A stretch of DNA of 64,000 nucleotides from a virus (taxonomy: Duplodnaviria; Caudoviricetes): positions 1 to 64,000 of IMG/VR virus record IMGVR_UViG_2636415525_000002; one strand, written 5' to 3'. Below the pieces are notes generated by a model that was not told the DNA's origin, did no database searches, and saw nothing but the letters and a program-made list of their open reading frames with translations. Every line of letters starts with the position of its first letter. Position 1 is the stretch's first letter. The translations under genes and the position numbers were made by a program. This document shows positions 29,462 to 39,121 of this stretch, piece by piece.

Positions 29462-29538
29462 AAAAAAACGAACGACAATGCGAACTCAACTGCCCAGCGT
29501 CACTCCAAGCGGCAGTTATTTGCTCGAGACACCTCCAC

Positions 29539-29865
29539 ATGAACAGCCCTACCATTCGCGAGTTGCAGAAGCAGCTCGGTCAGCTGAATCTGATTGTTGA
29601 AGAAACCAAGCAGCAAGAAAAGCAAACCAAACTCAAACAGATCGCCGAAAACGTTAAAGAGTACGGCATCACAGAGATCGAACTGCTGCGCGCCGCCGGC
29701 TTCGTCAAGGCCAAACGAAAGAAGACACCAGCCAAGTACTACGATCCGGATACGGGGCAGTCGTGGTCCGGCAAAGGCCCGCGTCCCAAGTGGCTCGTCG
29801 GCAAGAACCTCGACGACTATCTCATCCGAGAAGCCCCAAAGCCCTGGTGGCCAGAAGAACGCTGA
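29539..29865 (+). CDS. hns: H-NS family nucleoid-associated protein
   Basis: N-terminal coiled coil and PAKYYDPDTGQSWSGKGPRPKW DNA-binding motif. Confidence 0.88.
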   Translation: MNSPTIRELQKQLGQLNLIVEETKQQEKQTKLKQIAENVKEYGITEIELLRAAGFVKAKRKKTPAKYYDPDTGQSWSGKGPRPKWLVGKNLDDYLIREAPKPWWPEER

Positions 29866-29893
29866 CGCCACAGCAACTCGACGTCTCGACACA

Positions 29894-30397
29894 ATGTTTC
29901 ACCTTCACTGTACCCGTAAGCTACTCGATCGCCTGGGTCACCAGCCGACCTCCGTCCCGGAGAGCACACCGGCGTCCACATTGGGCCATTGGTACGCCAC
30001 GGCGCTGTTCTGGCGGCCTCAAGTGGTCCTTTTCGTCAACGAACGCACGCTCTTGCCAGTCCTCATACCGCTCGCGCCAGCAGCAACTCTGCCTGTTCGC
30101 TTCCCGGAAGCACTGGCGATCGTGTTGCAAGCGCATGGATGGGACGCCGCGAAAATCGATGCCGAGACGCAGTACATGCGCGAATGGGAAATCGTCAAGA
30201 CCGCCAACCGGAGTGTGGTTGGAATGCTCAACGAATTCGCATTTCTGGCACGCGCCTGGAAAGAAGAGCAAGGTGCGCCGCCGGATCTACACTGCCTCTC
30301 TATGAAGCTCGCCGACGTACCGTGTAAGCCCTTACGCTACGACAGTCCAGCGCAACGGGTACGTGCGCTCGCACAAAGCGCAACGCCGGTCCAATAG
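29894..30397 (+). CDS. DUF6933-like protein
   Basis: MFHLHCTRKLLDRL, LGHWYAT, FVNERTL and KTANRSVVGMLNEF. Confidence 0.7.
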   Translation: MFHLHCTRKLLDRLGHQPTSVPESTPASTLGHWYATALFWRPQVVLFVNERTLLPVLIPLAPAATLPVRFPEALAIVLQAHGWDAAKIDAETQYMREWEIVKTANRSVVGMLNEFAFLARAWKEEQGAPPDLHCLSMKLADVPCKPLRYDSPAQRVRALAQSATPVQ

Positions 30398-30432
30398 TTA
30401 GACAGAGTGGCCGACGAATGTACGGTCCTCCG

Positions 30433-30717
30433 TCATTTTTTGCGGATCCACTTTGCAAGTCGGTACCCACCGTAGGCGAATGCCGCAGCAGCCGCAACCG
30501 GTGCTGCGGCCGTAACTGCCACGCCTGCGGTCATCCCTCCACCCACGATGCTACCAATTGCCGCCAAGCCAGACGTAATGCCCGCACCACTCAGGCCCGC
30601 CGTCCCGCTTGCCGCGACTGCTGCTATCGCGCCGCTGACACCGGCCGCGCCGCCCACACCGCCACCAACGAGCGTACCGGCAGTTTCAAGGACCGAGGTT
30701 TTTTCCTTTTCCGTCAT
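30433..30717 (-). CDS. Small Gly/Ala-rich hydrophobic protein
   Basis: 94 aa, GLSGAGITSGLAAIGSIVGGGM and a basic C-terminus. Confidence 0.65.
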   Translation of the reverse strand: MTEKEKTSVLETAGTLVGGGVGGAAGVSGAIAAVAASGTAGLSGAGITSGLAAIGSIVGGGMTAGVAVTAAAPVAAAAAFAYGGYRLAKWIRKK

Positions 30718-30849
30718 TTCATATCTCTCAATCGATCAAAACATCCATCCGAATTTAATCCATAAACGGCTATATTTGGAAAAACTTGAGGCAACGGTCC
30801 CGAAAGCCCTTGCCCGTTGACGCTTAGCAATCTGTTTACTGGCGAGAGT

Positions 30850-32214
30850 TTACGCCTGCGCGAACATTTCCCACGGGTCCTGCCATTGAGTGGACTCATC
30901 TTTCGAACGCTTGCTCGGACTCGCATTCGTCATCGTTCGAGCACGCCGCTTCGACTTGAACGGAAGCGGACGCCTAGCCAACTCAGCTGACACATCAGGC
31001 TTTGTCCGCTTTCGTCCGCGCTTGCAGCCCGCAGCCTCGCGTATTTCGCTCTTGAAGAATAAGCGATCTCGCTCGCCCTTCATCATCTGTCCATAGAAAT
31101 CCGGCTTCACGATGTAGCCTGCGACGTTCGTCTCCAGCGCATGGCGCGGATCCACTTCATGGGCTTCGATCTTGCCGATACCTACCGCGTTCTTATACTT
31201 GCGTCGATTCTTGTGGCAGTTGTAGTAGACGCCCTTGCCCTTCGTAATAACATTCTTCCAGTGCTCACCGAACACCATTGCATGATGAATGCCGCGTTGC
31301 ACTTCGTTACCGTCGAGAAACATCAACGCATGGAAATGCCACTTCTTCTGCAAGCCGTGCTCAAGCTTCAGAGCGTAGGCTTTGAACACCATTCGCTTTG
31401 ACAACGTCATCCGCTTCAAATATCGCACCAAAGCCACCCGATGCCTCCGGACTTCCGCGTACGGAATCGATTGATGCACCTTCCCGTATCCGAAATCGAC
31501 CCGGACGACCAACAGGCGCTGGTGACGCCTGAACAATTCCCGAATCATCTTGAGCAACGAATCATAGTTCTTCGCCGCAAGTCGCGTATGACATCGCCAT
31601 TGGTCGCGAAACGATCGCGTCTGCCCTGCCGCGCGAATTGCCGCTACAGTGTCGTTCAGTCCGTATGAGAACGCCCATAGTTCTTCATCGGACAGACCAC
31701 GACGTATCCTCGCCCAATACTGCAACGTGTACCGCACCGGATCCAAATGCAATCCGGCAGCAGCATCAGCGTCGCGATCACGAGCAACATTGCGCTTGAA
31801 CAAAGCAACGAACGGGTTCACTCGATCGATAGGGTCGACCATTGAGAGGTATTCGAGGTCGATCTCCAAGCAGCTCAGAAACGCAGTTCCCAATCGGCTC
31901 GGCACGAGCTTTATCTGCCGCGGCGCACCGAATGCAACCCTTTGCCTACGCACTATGCTGAATAGTGCATCGTCAGAGTTGATGATCTGCCAGATGCACT
32001 TCGTAATCGACGCGGCATCTTCTGCTCGGGTACACGCGCCATCAGCAGGTCTGCGCTTGTCGAACTTCTTCATCGAATTGATAGCGTAATCGAGCAACCA
32101 TTCTTCCTTGGCTTGCTGATCTCGATTAAGTTTAGTTTCTTGTAATGACGCGTTCATATCATTTTTCGTTTGAGGCTCTTTCTGCCATGCAGAGATGCAG
32201 CCGTGCGTGAGCAA
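30850..32214 (-). CDS. Inovirus-Gp2 / YagK-like protein (HUH-type)
   Basis: LLVVRVDFGY, KLEHG..KKWHFH..FLDG, GKGVYYNC and GIGKI motifs. Start uncertain. Confidence 0.78.
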   Translation of the reverse strand: MLTHGCISAWQKEPQTKNDMNASLQETKLNRDQQAKEEWLLDYAINSMKKFDKRRPADGACTRAEDAASITKCIWQIINSDDALFSIVRRQRVAFGAPRQIKLVPSRLGTAFLSCLEIDLEYLSMVDPIDRVNPFVALFKRNVARDRDADAAAGLHLDPVRYTLQYWARIRRGLSDEELWAFSYGLNDTVAAIRAAGQTRSFRDQWRCHTRLAAKNYDSLLKMIRELFRRHQRLLVVRVDFGYGKVHQSIPYAEVRRHRVALVRYLKRMTLSKRMVFKAYALKLEHGLQKKWHFHALMFLDGNEVQRGIHHAMVFGEHWKNVITKGKGVYYNCHKNRRKYKNAVGIGKIEAHEVDPRHALETNVAGYIVKPDFYGQMMKGERDRLFFKSEIREAAGCKRGRKRTKPDVSAELARRPLPFKSKRRARTMTNASPSKRSKDESTQWQDPWEMFAQA

Positions 32215-32449
32215 TCAAATCCTCAGGCAGACAGACGAATTTGATTTATGATCTAAAAGAGTGAACTGGAACCTAACTATGAAAATACCGGTATTCATGA
32301 CGGCAACGAACACCATTCATGTTCGGAAAACATCTGCATGTGTCACCGGACATGCCGAGTATCAGCATGTCCGAACCAGATGTTCAAGTTAGTGCTAGTG
32401 ACGTCGCTCAGCGTCTGCGGCATAAAACGATCGCCGCAGCAGGACGAAA

Positions 32450-33991
32450 TTAACCAGCCAGTTCAACGAAGTTCAAATTGAGGAGTCGCGCCTTCATCTG
32501 ATCTCTCCACTCGTCACTGCCGAGCGAATCCCTTAGGACATCGTCAATCGCCTCCTCACGAACGCGCCATTCATCGTCTTCATCCGAGTACGGACGACGC
32601 TGGCGCAGATTGCGGTACTCCGTTACGCAAGCTCGAACAAGAAAGCCCCACTCCGAATTGTCAGTTTCGAGTTGAACTTGCTCAACATGCGCAACTTGAG
32701 CAACTTGAGCAACTTGAGCAACTTGAGCAACATTATGCGATACCGGCGCGGCAATGCTTGCCAAACCGAGCGGTACGTCGCCCGGGAACGGCACAATGCC
32801 CTGACCAGACGAACCACCTATATCAAAGATCGATCTCATCGCCTGATGCGACTGCCCGGGATGGCCGCTGAAATGCGCGGTTCCCAGCGCCCCGGGCGAC
32901 ATCGAACCGCCACAATTCAAAGACAAGTACCAGCGTTTCTCACCCATAGGCCGGCTGCTACTTACTCCGATCTTGCCAAATGCGCGACGGACAGTCGCCC
33001 ACGACAATCCAGCTCGCGCCGCCTCCTCTTGAACAACCTCGCTTGGCACCGGACCGGTAGCCAGTATCTCGCTCAAAAAGTCCGCAGCTTCCTGTAATCG
33101 ACTGTCTTTCGTCAGAACACTTGCACCGTCCGAGGCTTCGCTCAGGATTTCCTTGGGCGATCCGTCCAATGGCCCATCCCAAACGATCTTTGAACTTTCC
33201 ATGGTTCCTCTAGGCGTCGGAATGTCGGCTGCCTCCACGTGATATGCCAAACCGCCGTCAGTCGGACCAATGTTTGACTTAGCGCGTACGATTACGCTGC
33301 GCGGCACACCATCACCCGCGCGATCGCTTTCGTCCGGTGCAACAATCATCACGATTCGCGCGACCGCGCCGAAGGCGATGCTTCCATTCACGCGTTCAAG
33401 CGGATCTTTCTTTTTTGATCCCTTGGTTACGTGAGTGAGGCCTAGAACTGCGGCGCCGGTTTGCTCAGCAAATACCACAACGGGTTCAAGATCCTTACGT
33501 ACTTGAGTGTTGCTGTTCGAGTTGCCGGATACGATCTGCGCAATCGAATCGATGATGACAAGAACAACATCACGGAGCTCCTGGAGCTTTGCAGCAAGCC
33601 GCGGTAGATCGACACGAAAGTCGAACGCGCGACTGCGACCATTTTCGCTCGTTTCCCGCAGGATATAGACATTCTCGAGATTGGCACCGCTCGCGGCGAG
33701 CCTTGGCATCAAAGTATCCTCGACCCCATCTTCGCAGGTCCAGATCAACACTCGACCTCGAGGGGCACTGCTACCGTCTGGCCATGCACCACCGACCGAC
33801 AACGTCGCAGCGATCGCAAGAGCCAGCGTTGTCTTCCCTGTTGACGGGGGGCCAGCGAGGAGATGTAGCTTTCCGCGCGCCAACCAAAACTTCCACAACC
33901 AAAAGATTGGGAACATGGGAATCTCGCTTGCTGCCTCAAGGACTGGACCGTTCCCATTCGCCCCGAGCTTCGACCAAATGTTAGTGTGCAT
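32450..33991 (-). CDS. RecA-type AAA ATPase (RepA-like replicative helicase)
   Basis: GPPSTGKT, CEDG, VIIDS, THVTK, GSIAF.AVAR and KSNIG, plus a C-terminal winged-helix-like region. Confidence 0.85.
   Translation of the reverse strand: MHTNIWSKLGANGNGPVLEAASEIPMFPIFWLWKFWLARGKLHLLAGPPSTGKTTLALAIAATLSVGGAWPDGSSAPRGRVLIWTCEDGVEDTLMPRLAASGANLENVYILRETSENGRSRAFDFRVDLPRLAAKLQELRDVVLVIIDSIAQIVSGNSNSNTQVRKDLEPVVVFAEQTGAAVLGLTHVTKGSKKKDPLERVNGSIAFGAVARIVMIVAPDESDRAGDGVPRSVIVRAKSNIGPTDGGLAYHVEAADIPTPRGTMESSKIVWDGPLDGSPKEILSEASDGASVLTKDSRLQEAADFLSEILATGPVPSEVVQEEAARAGLSWATVRRAFGKIGVSSSRPMGEKRWYLSLNCGGSMSPGALGTAHFSGHPGQSHQAMRSIFDIGGSSGQGIVPFPGDVPLGLASIAAPVSHNVAQVAQVAQVAQVAHVEQVQLETDNSEWGFLVRACVTEYRNLRQRRPYSDEDDEWRVREEAIDDVLRDSLGSDEWRDQMKARLLNLNFVELAG
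32673..32731. repeat. 9-bp tandem repeat (GCAACTTGA)x4 plus degenerate copies
   Basis: Visible directly. Encodes VAQVAQVAQVAQVAHVEQVQ. Confidence 0.9.
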
Positions 33992-34057
33992 TTGCCCGGC
34001 CTCCGTGTTGGAGTGTAAGCGTGTCGGCAGCGCCGTCTTGACGACGGGATCTTGATG

Positions 34058-35629
34058 TCAGCTGTCGTCGCGGAGTTGATCAGCTATGGCCCACGGCATG
34101 AGCTGATCGACACGATTGATTGCGTGATCAGCAATGCGGGCAAGGACGAAGCGCAGATACGCTTCGGGATCGATGCCGTTGAGCTTCGCCGTTCCGATGA
34201 GGCTATAGATCGCGGCAGCGCGCTCGCCGCCGGAGTCGGCACCGGCGAACAGGTAATTCCGCCTCCCGATGGCCACTCCACGCAACGCTCGCTCGACCGG
34301 CAGGTTATCGATCTCGAGTTGGCCGTCGTCGCAATAGCGTGTGAGCGCTTCCCATCGGTTCAGCGCATAGAGAATCGCCCGACTCGTATCGGATTTCTTT
34401 GAGAGTGTCTCCAGCGTGGCGGTGAGCCAGGCGTGAAGCTGACTGAGAAGCGGTCGGGCATGTGCTTCTCGATACGCACGACGCTCGTCGGGCGGTTTGC
34501 CGCGTATCGCGTCTTCGATCTTGTACAACGCACCGATACGCTCGAGCGCTTCGGTATTCAATGCGTTCGGGCGCGCAGCGTGTAGCTCATAGAACTGGCG
34601 TCGGGCATGCGCCCAGCAGGCAGCTTCCCTCACGCGTCCGGTCTCGTAGATAGCCTGGTAGCCGCCATAGGCGTCCGCTTGCAGCGTGCCGCTGAACGTC
34701 TCGAGATGTTGTTGCGGATGGATGCCTTTGCGATCCGGCGTGTAAGCGAACCACACCGCTGGCGGCGTCATATCGGCTGACGATCGATCGTCACGCACAT
34801 AGACCCACAAGCGGCCAGTCTTCGTCTTGCCGTTGCCCGGTTCGAGCACTGGAACCGGCGTGTCGTCGGCATGCAGCTTCGTCCCGGTCATCACATGACG
34901 GCGTAATGCATCGACCAGTGGTTGTAAAAGCGTCGCGCCGTGGCCGACCCACTTCGCGAGCAACGAGCGGTCGAGTTCGACGCCTTCACGCGCATACATG
35001 ACCGACTGCCGATACAGCGGGATGTGGTCTGCGAACTTCGAGACCAGCACGTGCGCGAGTAGTCCAGGGCCCGCCAGGCCGCGCTCGATGGGACGACTCG
35101 GCGCTGCTGCTTGCGCGATGTGATCGCAGCACGCGCAGGCGAACTTGGGCCGCACATGACGGATTACGCGGAAGCTCGCAGGTACATATTCAAGTTGTTC
35201 GGAGACGTCTTCGCCTAGCAGCTTGAGCTTGCCGCCGCATTCCGAGCACGTCTCGGTCGATTGCGGCAAGTGCGTTTGCTCTTCACGTGGCAGATGCTCG
35301 GGCAGCGGCTTGCGAGGCGACTGTTCCGGCGCGGTACGAGGTGTCTTCGGGATTTCGATCGGAGCCGCGCCTTCGTCCGCTTCGAGTTCTTCCAGACGCA
35401 GTTCGAGTTGTTCGATCTGACGATCGAGCTTCTCCGACTTGCGACCGAACTGCATGCGGCGCAGCTTCGCAATCAGCAGCTTCAGATGCTCGATCTCTGC
35501 CTTGGCGGTGGCGTTCGCCGCCTTGTGCGATTCGACTACGTCCTCGAGATGCCCAATGCGAGCATCGCGCTCGAGCAGCATGGCTTTGAGCGCTTCGATG
35601 TCGTCCGGATAGGCGTTGGCCGCGGTCAT
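34058..35629 (-). CDS. tnpC: IS66 transposase TnpC
   Basis: FGRKSEK, CSECGG zinc finger, HADDTP, CWAHARR and [11 protein letters not shown]. Confidence 0.95.
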   Translation of the reverse strand: MTAANAYPDDIEALKAMLLERDARIGHLEDVVESHKAANATAKAEIEHLKLLIAKLRRMQFGRKSEKLDRQIEQLELRLEELEADEGAAPIEIPKTPRTAPEQSPRKPLPEHLPREEQTHLPQSTETCSECGGKLKLLGEDVSEQLEYVPASFRVIRHVRPKFACACCDHIAQAAAPSRPIERGLAGPGLLAHVLVSKFADHIPLYRQSVMYAREGVELDRSLLAKWVGHGATLLQPLVDALRRHVMTGTKLHADDTPVPVLEPGNGKTKTGRLWVYVRDDRSSADMTPPAVWFAYTPDRKGIHPQQHLETFSGTLQADAYGGYQAIYETGRVREAACWAHARRQFYELHAARPNALNTEALERIGALYKIEDAIRGKPPDERRAYREAHARPLLSQLHAWLTATLETLSKKSDTSRAILYALNRWEALTRYCDDGQLEIDNLPVERALRGVAIGRRNYLFAGADSGGERAAAIYSLIGTAKLNGIDPEAYLRFVLARIADHAINRVDQLMPWAIADQLRDDS

Positions 35630-35658
35630 GCCGGCAGTTTACGCGGCGGCCGACGGGT

Positions 35659-36006
35659 TTACAACGCCGATGTCGGCTCGGTCGTTCGTATCGGCTGGCG
35701 CCAGTCGATACCTTCGAGCAGCATCGACAGTTGGGCTTGGCTCAGGCAGACAACGCCACCGTCGGCGCGTGGCCAAACGAATCGGCCCCGTTCCAGGCGT
35801 TTCATCAGAAGACACATGCCGTCGCCGCTCCACCACAGCACTTTGACCAGATCGCCGCGCTTGCCTCGGAACACGAACACGTGGCCGCTGAAGGGATCGC
35901 GTTCCAATACGGTCTGGACCTTCGCGGCCAAGCTGTTGAAGCCTGAACGCATATCAGTCACACCCGCGGCCAGCCAGACCTTTGTGCGGCTGGGCAGCCC
36001 GATCAT
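35659..36006 (-). CDS. tnpB: IS66 accessory protein TnpB
   Basis: [20 protein letters not shown] and [11 protein letters not shown]. Confidence 0.93.
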   Translation of the reverse strand: MIGLPSRTKVWLAAGVTDMRSGFNSLAAKVQTVLERDPFSGHVFVFRGKRGDLVKVLWWSGDGMCLLMKRLERGRFVWPRADGGVVCLSQAQLSMLLEGIDWRQPIRTTEPTSAL

Positions 36007-36410
36007 GCTGCCGATTCCGGTGTGTTGCGCAACATGCGCAGCACCAGCCGCAACGTGCCCTCGTTGGGCGAGCCCTCGATCCGCACACGAGTGTTACCGA
36101 CGTTGATCTCTATGGCGCCCATCGCGGCAGCGCCGATCACCGGCGTCGGCGCCACGGTCGCAGTCGGTCGCTCGATCTGTGGCGCTGGCGCTTCCAATGT
36201 GACCGGCAAAAATCCCACAGAATCGTATTCGCCGGCACGCAACGCGCGACGCCATTTGAATAACAAGTTCGTGTTCACCCCGTGTTCCATCGCCAGCCGC
36301 GCTACGGATACGCCCGGTTCGCAGGCCAGCTTGGCGAGTTTCCGTCGAAATTCGACGGGGTGATTAGGAATGCCTTTGCGTGAAGTTCTCTTCGGTGCTT
36401 CTGTTGACAC
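36003..36410 (-). CDS. tnpA: IS66 TnpA (HTH)
   Basis: [24 protein letters not shown]. Confidence 0.9.
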   Translation of the reverse strand: MSTEAPKRTSRKGIPNHPVEFRRKLAKLACEPGVSVARLAMEHGVNTNLLFKWRRALRAGEYDSVGFLPVTLEAPAPQIERPTATVAPTPVIGAAAMGAIEINVGNTRVRIEGSPNEGTLRLVLRMLRNTPESAA

Positions 36411-36459
36411 TGTGGTCCCCGCTACTCGCCGTGGTGGGGTCTACTCTGGCAACATTCAT

Positions 36460-37668
36460 TCACACCGTCGAGACGGTACCGGCGACTCGCTTACGTTGGA
36501 GTTGCCCACCGAACTGGACAAAATACTCTCGCTTCAACCGACTAGCTTTTGATTGCCCACACTTCAGAAACGAACGAATTGCTGCCTGCGTCGGCCTGAG
36601 GCGCCCAGCAACGACCGCTTTGTGAATCTCCCGGAGCAGGCGGAAATCGTCACCGACGCATTCACTGTCGGTAGCGGTGTCGTCAGCGGTCGTTACGCCT
36701 GCCGCCGACATCACGTCACGATCGGCAACCAACGGTGGATGATCGCCAGTCGCGACTCCCGACTCCTGTACGACCGCCCTTTGCTCCAAAGACTCGTCGA
36801 TAGGACCAGCCATGACTGCGGCGCGACTATTAGCGCGACTCGATCTAACCGACACCAGCATCCAACCAGTGATGGCAGCGCCTTCAAGGACAACCGAGCA
36901 GGCCAGCGCCAACAACAATTCCAGTCGTCCTTCGGTCGTACCAAGCCACGTCGCCACTTCTGACGCGACCGGATCGGCGCGCAACGCTGCGCGTGACGCT
37001 GCTTCTTGGTCGACCAGTCGATTATGTCGGTCCTCCTCGGCTTCGTGCCGCCGCGCTTCACCAGCTTCTGTTTCCAGTGTCGCGAGGTGCGTCTCGAGGA
37101 TCGTCCGACTGACTTTGAGCCACCGACAATCGCCAACACATGAGCGCGCCTCGACTCGGGCCAAATCGACCTTCGCCTTTGAGGTTTCTCGGGCAATTTC
37201 AGTCAACGTACGTCCAGGAGACGTTACTCTAAGGAATGGCTGAGTGATCGTCGGAGCCATCGCGACCCGTTGATCGCCGGCGTGTTGCCGGGAAACGAGG
37301 ACAAACGCGACCTGGCCGTACAGCACCACAATCAGGCCGACCGCCCACAACACAAAGGCGAACAGCCGAGCGAGACCAGCCAAGGCTTGCCGCAGTGCGG
37401 GCAACATGTGGACATAAAGGACAGCCACACAACCAATTGAGATGCTCATCGCCCGCTCAACGGTCAATCCACCTCGATACCAACCGGCATACATCGCGAT
37501 GGCGATCGATACTATCGTGGCGAACATCGCTCCGAACTTCAAAATCAAAAGGTTAATTACGGAAGTGCGGCTGGATTGGAACTGGTGGGTTTCATTTGCA
37601 AGATCCGCGCTCAGAAAGCGCACAGGGTTAAAGGGCGGGGGGGAGCCGCCGGCGTATCGCGTGCACAT
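36460..37668 (-). CDS. Multi-TM membrane protein, paralog of 14130..15257, with its last codons replaced by IS66
   Basis: QHAGDQR, ADPVA, VLEG and LRPTQAAIRSFLKCGQSKA. The IS66 is inserted after GGQLQ. Start uncertain. Confidence 0.75.
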   Translation of the reverse strand: MCTRYAGGSPPPFNPVRFLSADLANETHQFQSSRTSVINLLILKFGAMFATIVSIAIAMYAGWYRGGLTVERAMSISIGCVAVLYVHMLPALRQALAGLARLFAFVLWAVGLIVVLYGQVAFVLVSRQHAGDQRVAMAPTITQPFLRVTSPGRTLTEIARETSKAKVDLARVEARSCVGDCRWLKVSRTILETHLATLETEAGEARRHEAEEDRHNRLVDQEAASRAALRADPVASEVATWLGTTEGRLELLLALACSVVLEGAAITGWMLVSVRSSRANSRAAVMAGPIDESLEQRAVVQESGVATGDHPPLVADRDVMSAAGVTTADDTATDSECVGDDFRLLREIHKAVVAGRLRPTQAAIRSFLKCGQSKASRLKREYFVQFGGQLQRKRVAGTVSTV

Positions 37669-38019
37669 TCAAGCCCCCTCGATCAGTGCACGGATCAGAT
37701 CGGCCTTCCAGTAAAGACGGCGGTTTGCGGCCTTCTTCGGAACGACGGAGAAATAGCAGCCGTCCGTGGAATACGCTTTTCTCAGAGTCTGCGGACGGAG
37801 GCCAAGAAGGTCCGCAGCCTCGTCGGTAGTGAGATATTCGCGCCCAAACGACGGTGCGGATGTATGGCTGACAGCCGACGCCCGGAACGGGACATCGGCG
37901 GCAAGTTGGGCGGCGCCGCCGGAAACAGCGTAGAGACTCATTGTTCGCTCCAAAGGATTAGGAAAATCCGCGTCGCAGCATCCCGAGGCTGACAGGATCA
38001 ACACATCGGACCCAGTCAA
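37669..38019 (-). CDS. Excisionase/AlpA-like HTH DNA-binding protein
   Basis: YLTTDEAADLLGLRPQTLRK...PKK...RRLYW. The true start is probably the internal ATG near 37941. Confidence 0.75.
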   Translation of the reverse strand: MTGSDVLILSASGCCDADFPNPLERTMSLYAVSGGAAQLAADVPFRASAVSHTSAPSFGREYLTTDEAADLLGLRPQTLRKAYSTDGCYFSVVPKKAANRRLYWKADLIRALIEGA

Positions 38020-38060
38020 CTAGGTCACTGCGAACTGCGTGGAGCGAACAATATTTGTGA

Positions 38061-38130
38061 GCGAAGAGATACGAAACAGCTTCGAAGCTTACCGAAGGCT
38101 ACCGAAGCTAGTCGTGAACTATCGAAGCCT
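38061..38130. repeat. Helically phased array of CGAAG-core repeats with ~10-bp period
   Basis: CGAA(G) cores at 38062, 38072, 38083, 38093, 38103 and 38123. Confidence 0.65.
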
Positions 38131-39121
38131 ATTGTCGTGGGCCGCTCTTCTTCAAAGCATCCCAGCGGCGATTCAAACGGTTATTAAGCGCATCCTTCGT
38201 CAATCGGGCGGGGGCCTTCTTGTCTGTCGAATACCAGTCTTTCGAATACAGCAAAGCGCCGTCGTGATCCGTCTGTCCAGTGAAAGGCCGCTCTTCATTC
38301 AAAGCGAGTTCTCTTAGAGCCTGCCAGACTGTTGAGGTGTTATAAGAGCCAGTGGATGCAACAGCCTTATCAATTGGATCGTCCAGTTCGTTTCGCCGTT
38401 GCTTCAGTCGCGAAGACTTTCGAGTCACCTCGGCCACGCCCACGTCGCCAGCCACCATCTCCGGAGTGACGCTTACCTCGACATGGGGAATAGATTTATC
38501 CGTCATGCTTGGATTCGATTCGGATGGCTGATCCACCACTTCATTTGTGGCCGGGGCCGCACGGAAGAATCCGAGTATTTCCTCTGTCTCAAAACCAAGA
38601 CAGCTCAACCACTTCCGATCTGCAGCGTCAAACGCCGCAGAGTCGTCAATAACCGACTGTTGGGAAAGCGATTTTCGTCCAGACAGAAAATCATTGAATC
38701 GATCCTGGTTATAAGCAATCATGCGCTCCAGCATGGCCATAGCCCGCGTTCTACCTTCGACGTCTAGACGAACGGGCTGCCCAGTCACGCTCCAGTTTCT
38801 CCACTTCGGGCTTCGCTCTGCGTGCTCCATCAGTTCCCAATGCAGGCGACTCGCGGCAAACCAGCGACGATAAAGAGATTCCATTACCGGGGTCAGGGGC
38901 AATCCACGGTTGAACCGAGCCATTGGCAAGCTACTGATCCGTCTTGCGACAAAATCTTCAATCTGCTTGGCCTCACCTTCCGGGATTTCAACGCCATGCC
39001 TTGCGATCAAACTGATCACGCTATCGAGCGTAATACACGGGATCTTTGGCAAATCTTTGTCGTACAACGGCTCCGCGGCACGCTGGACCTTCGGTTCTTG
39101 CACTGTCATGGCCTTTAGCAA
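38129..39121 (-). CDS. Hypothetical protein at the island end
   Basis: 330-aa ORF co-oriented with the excisionase-like gene. Confidence 0.65.
   Translation of the reverse strand: MLKAMTVQEPKVQRAAEPLYDKDLPKIPCITLDSVISLIARHGVEIPEGEAKQIEDFVARRISSLPMARFNRGLPLTPVMESLYRRWFAASRLHWELMEHAERSPKWRNWSVTGQPVRLDVEGRTRAMAMLERMIAYNQDRFNDFLSGRKSLSQQSVIDDSAAFDAADRKWLSCLGFETEEILGFFRAAPATNEVVDQPSESNPSMTDKSIPHVEVSVTPEMVAGDVGVAEVTRKSSRLKQRRNELDDPIDKAVASTGSYNTSTVWQALRELALNEERPFTGQTDHDGALLYSKDWYSTDKKAPARLTKDALNNRLNRRWDALKKSGPRQ

Larger units (their letters stand above)
34015..36494 (-). mobile_element. IS66-family insertion sequence
   Basis: Terminal IRs GTAAGCG...CCGTCTTGAC / GTCGAGACGG...CGCTTAC. 8-bp target duplication GTTGGAGT at 34007-34014 and 36495-36502. 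Carries tnpA, tnpB and tnpC. Confidence 0.95.

Noticed and set aside
29431-29538. N-terminal extension of the H-NS ORF
   Set aside because: It overlaps the tRNA. The ATG at 29539 gives a normal-length H-NS.
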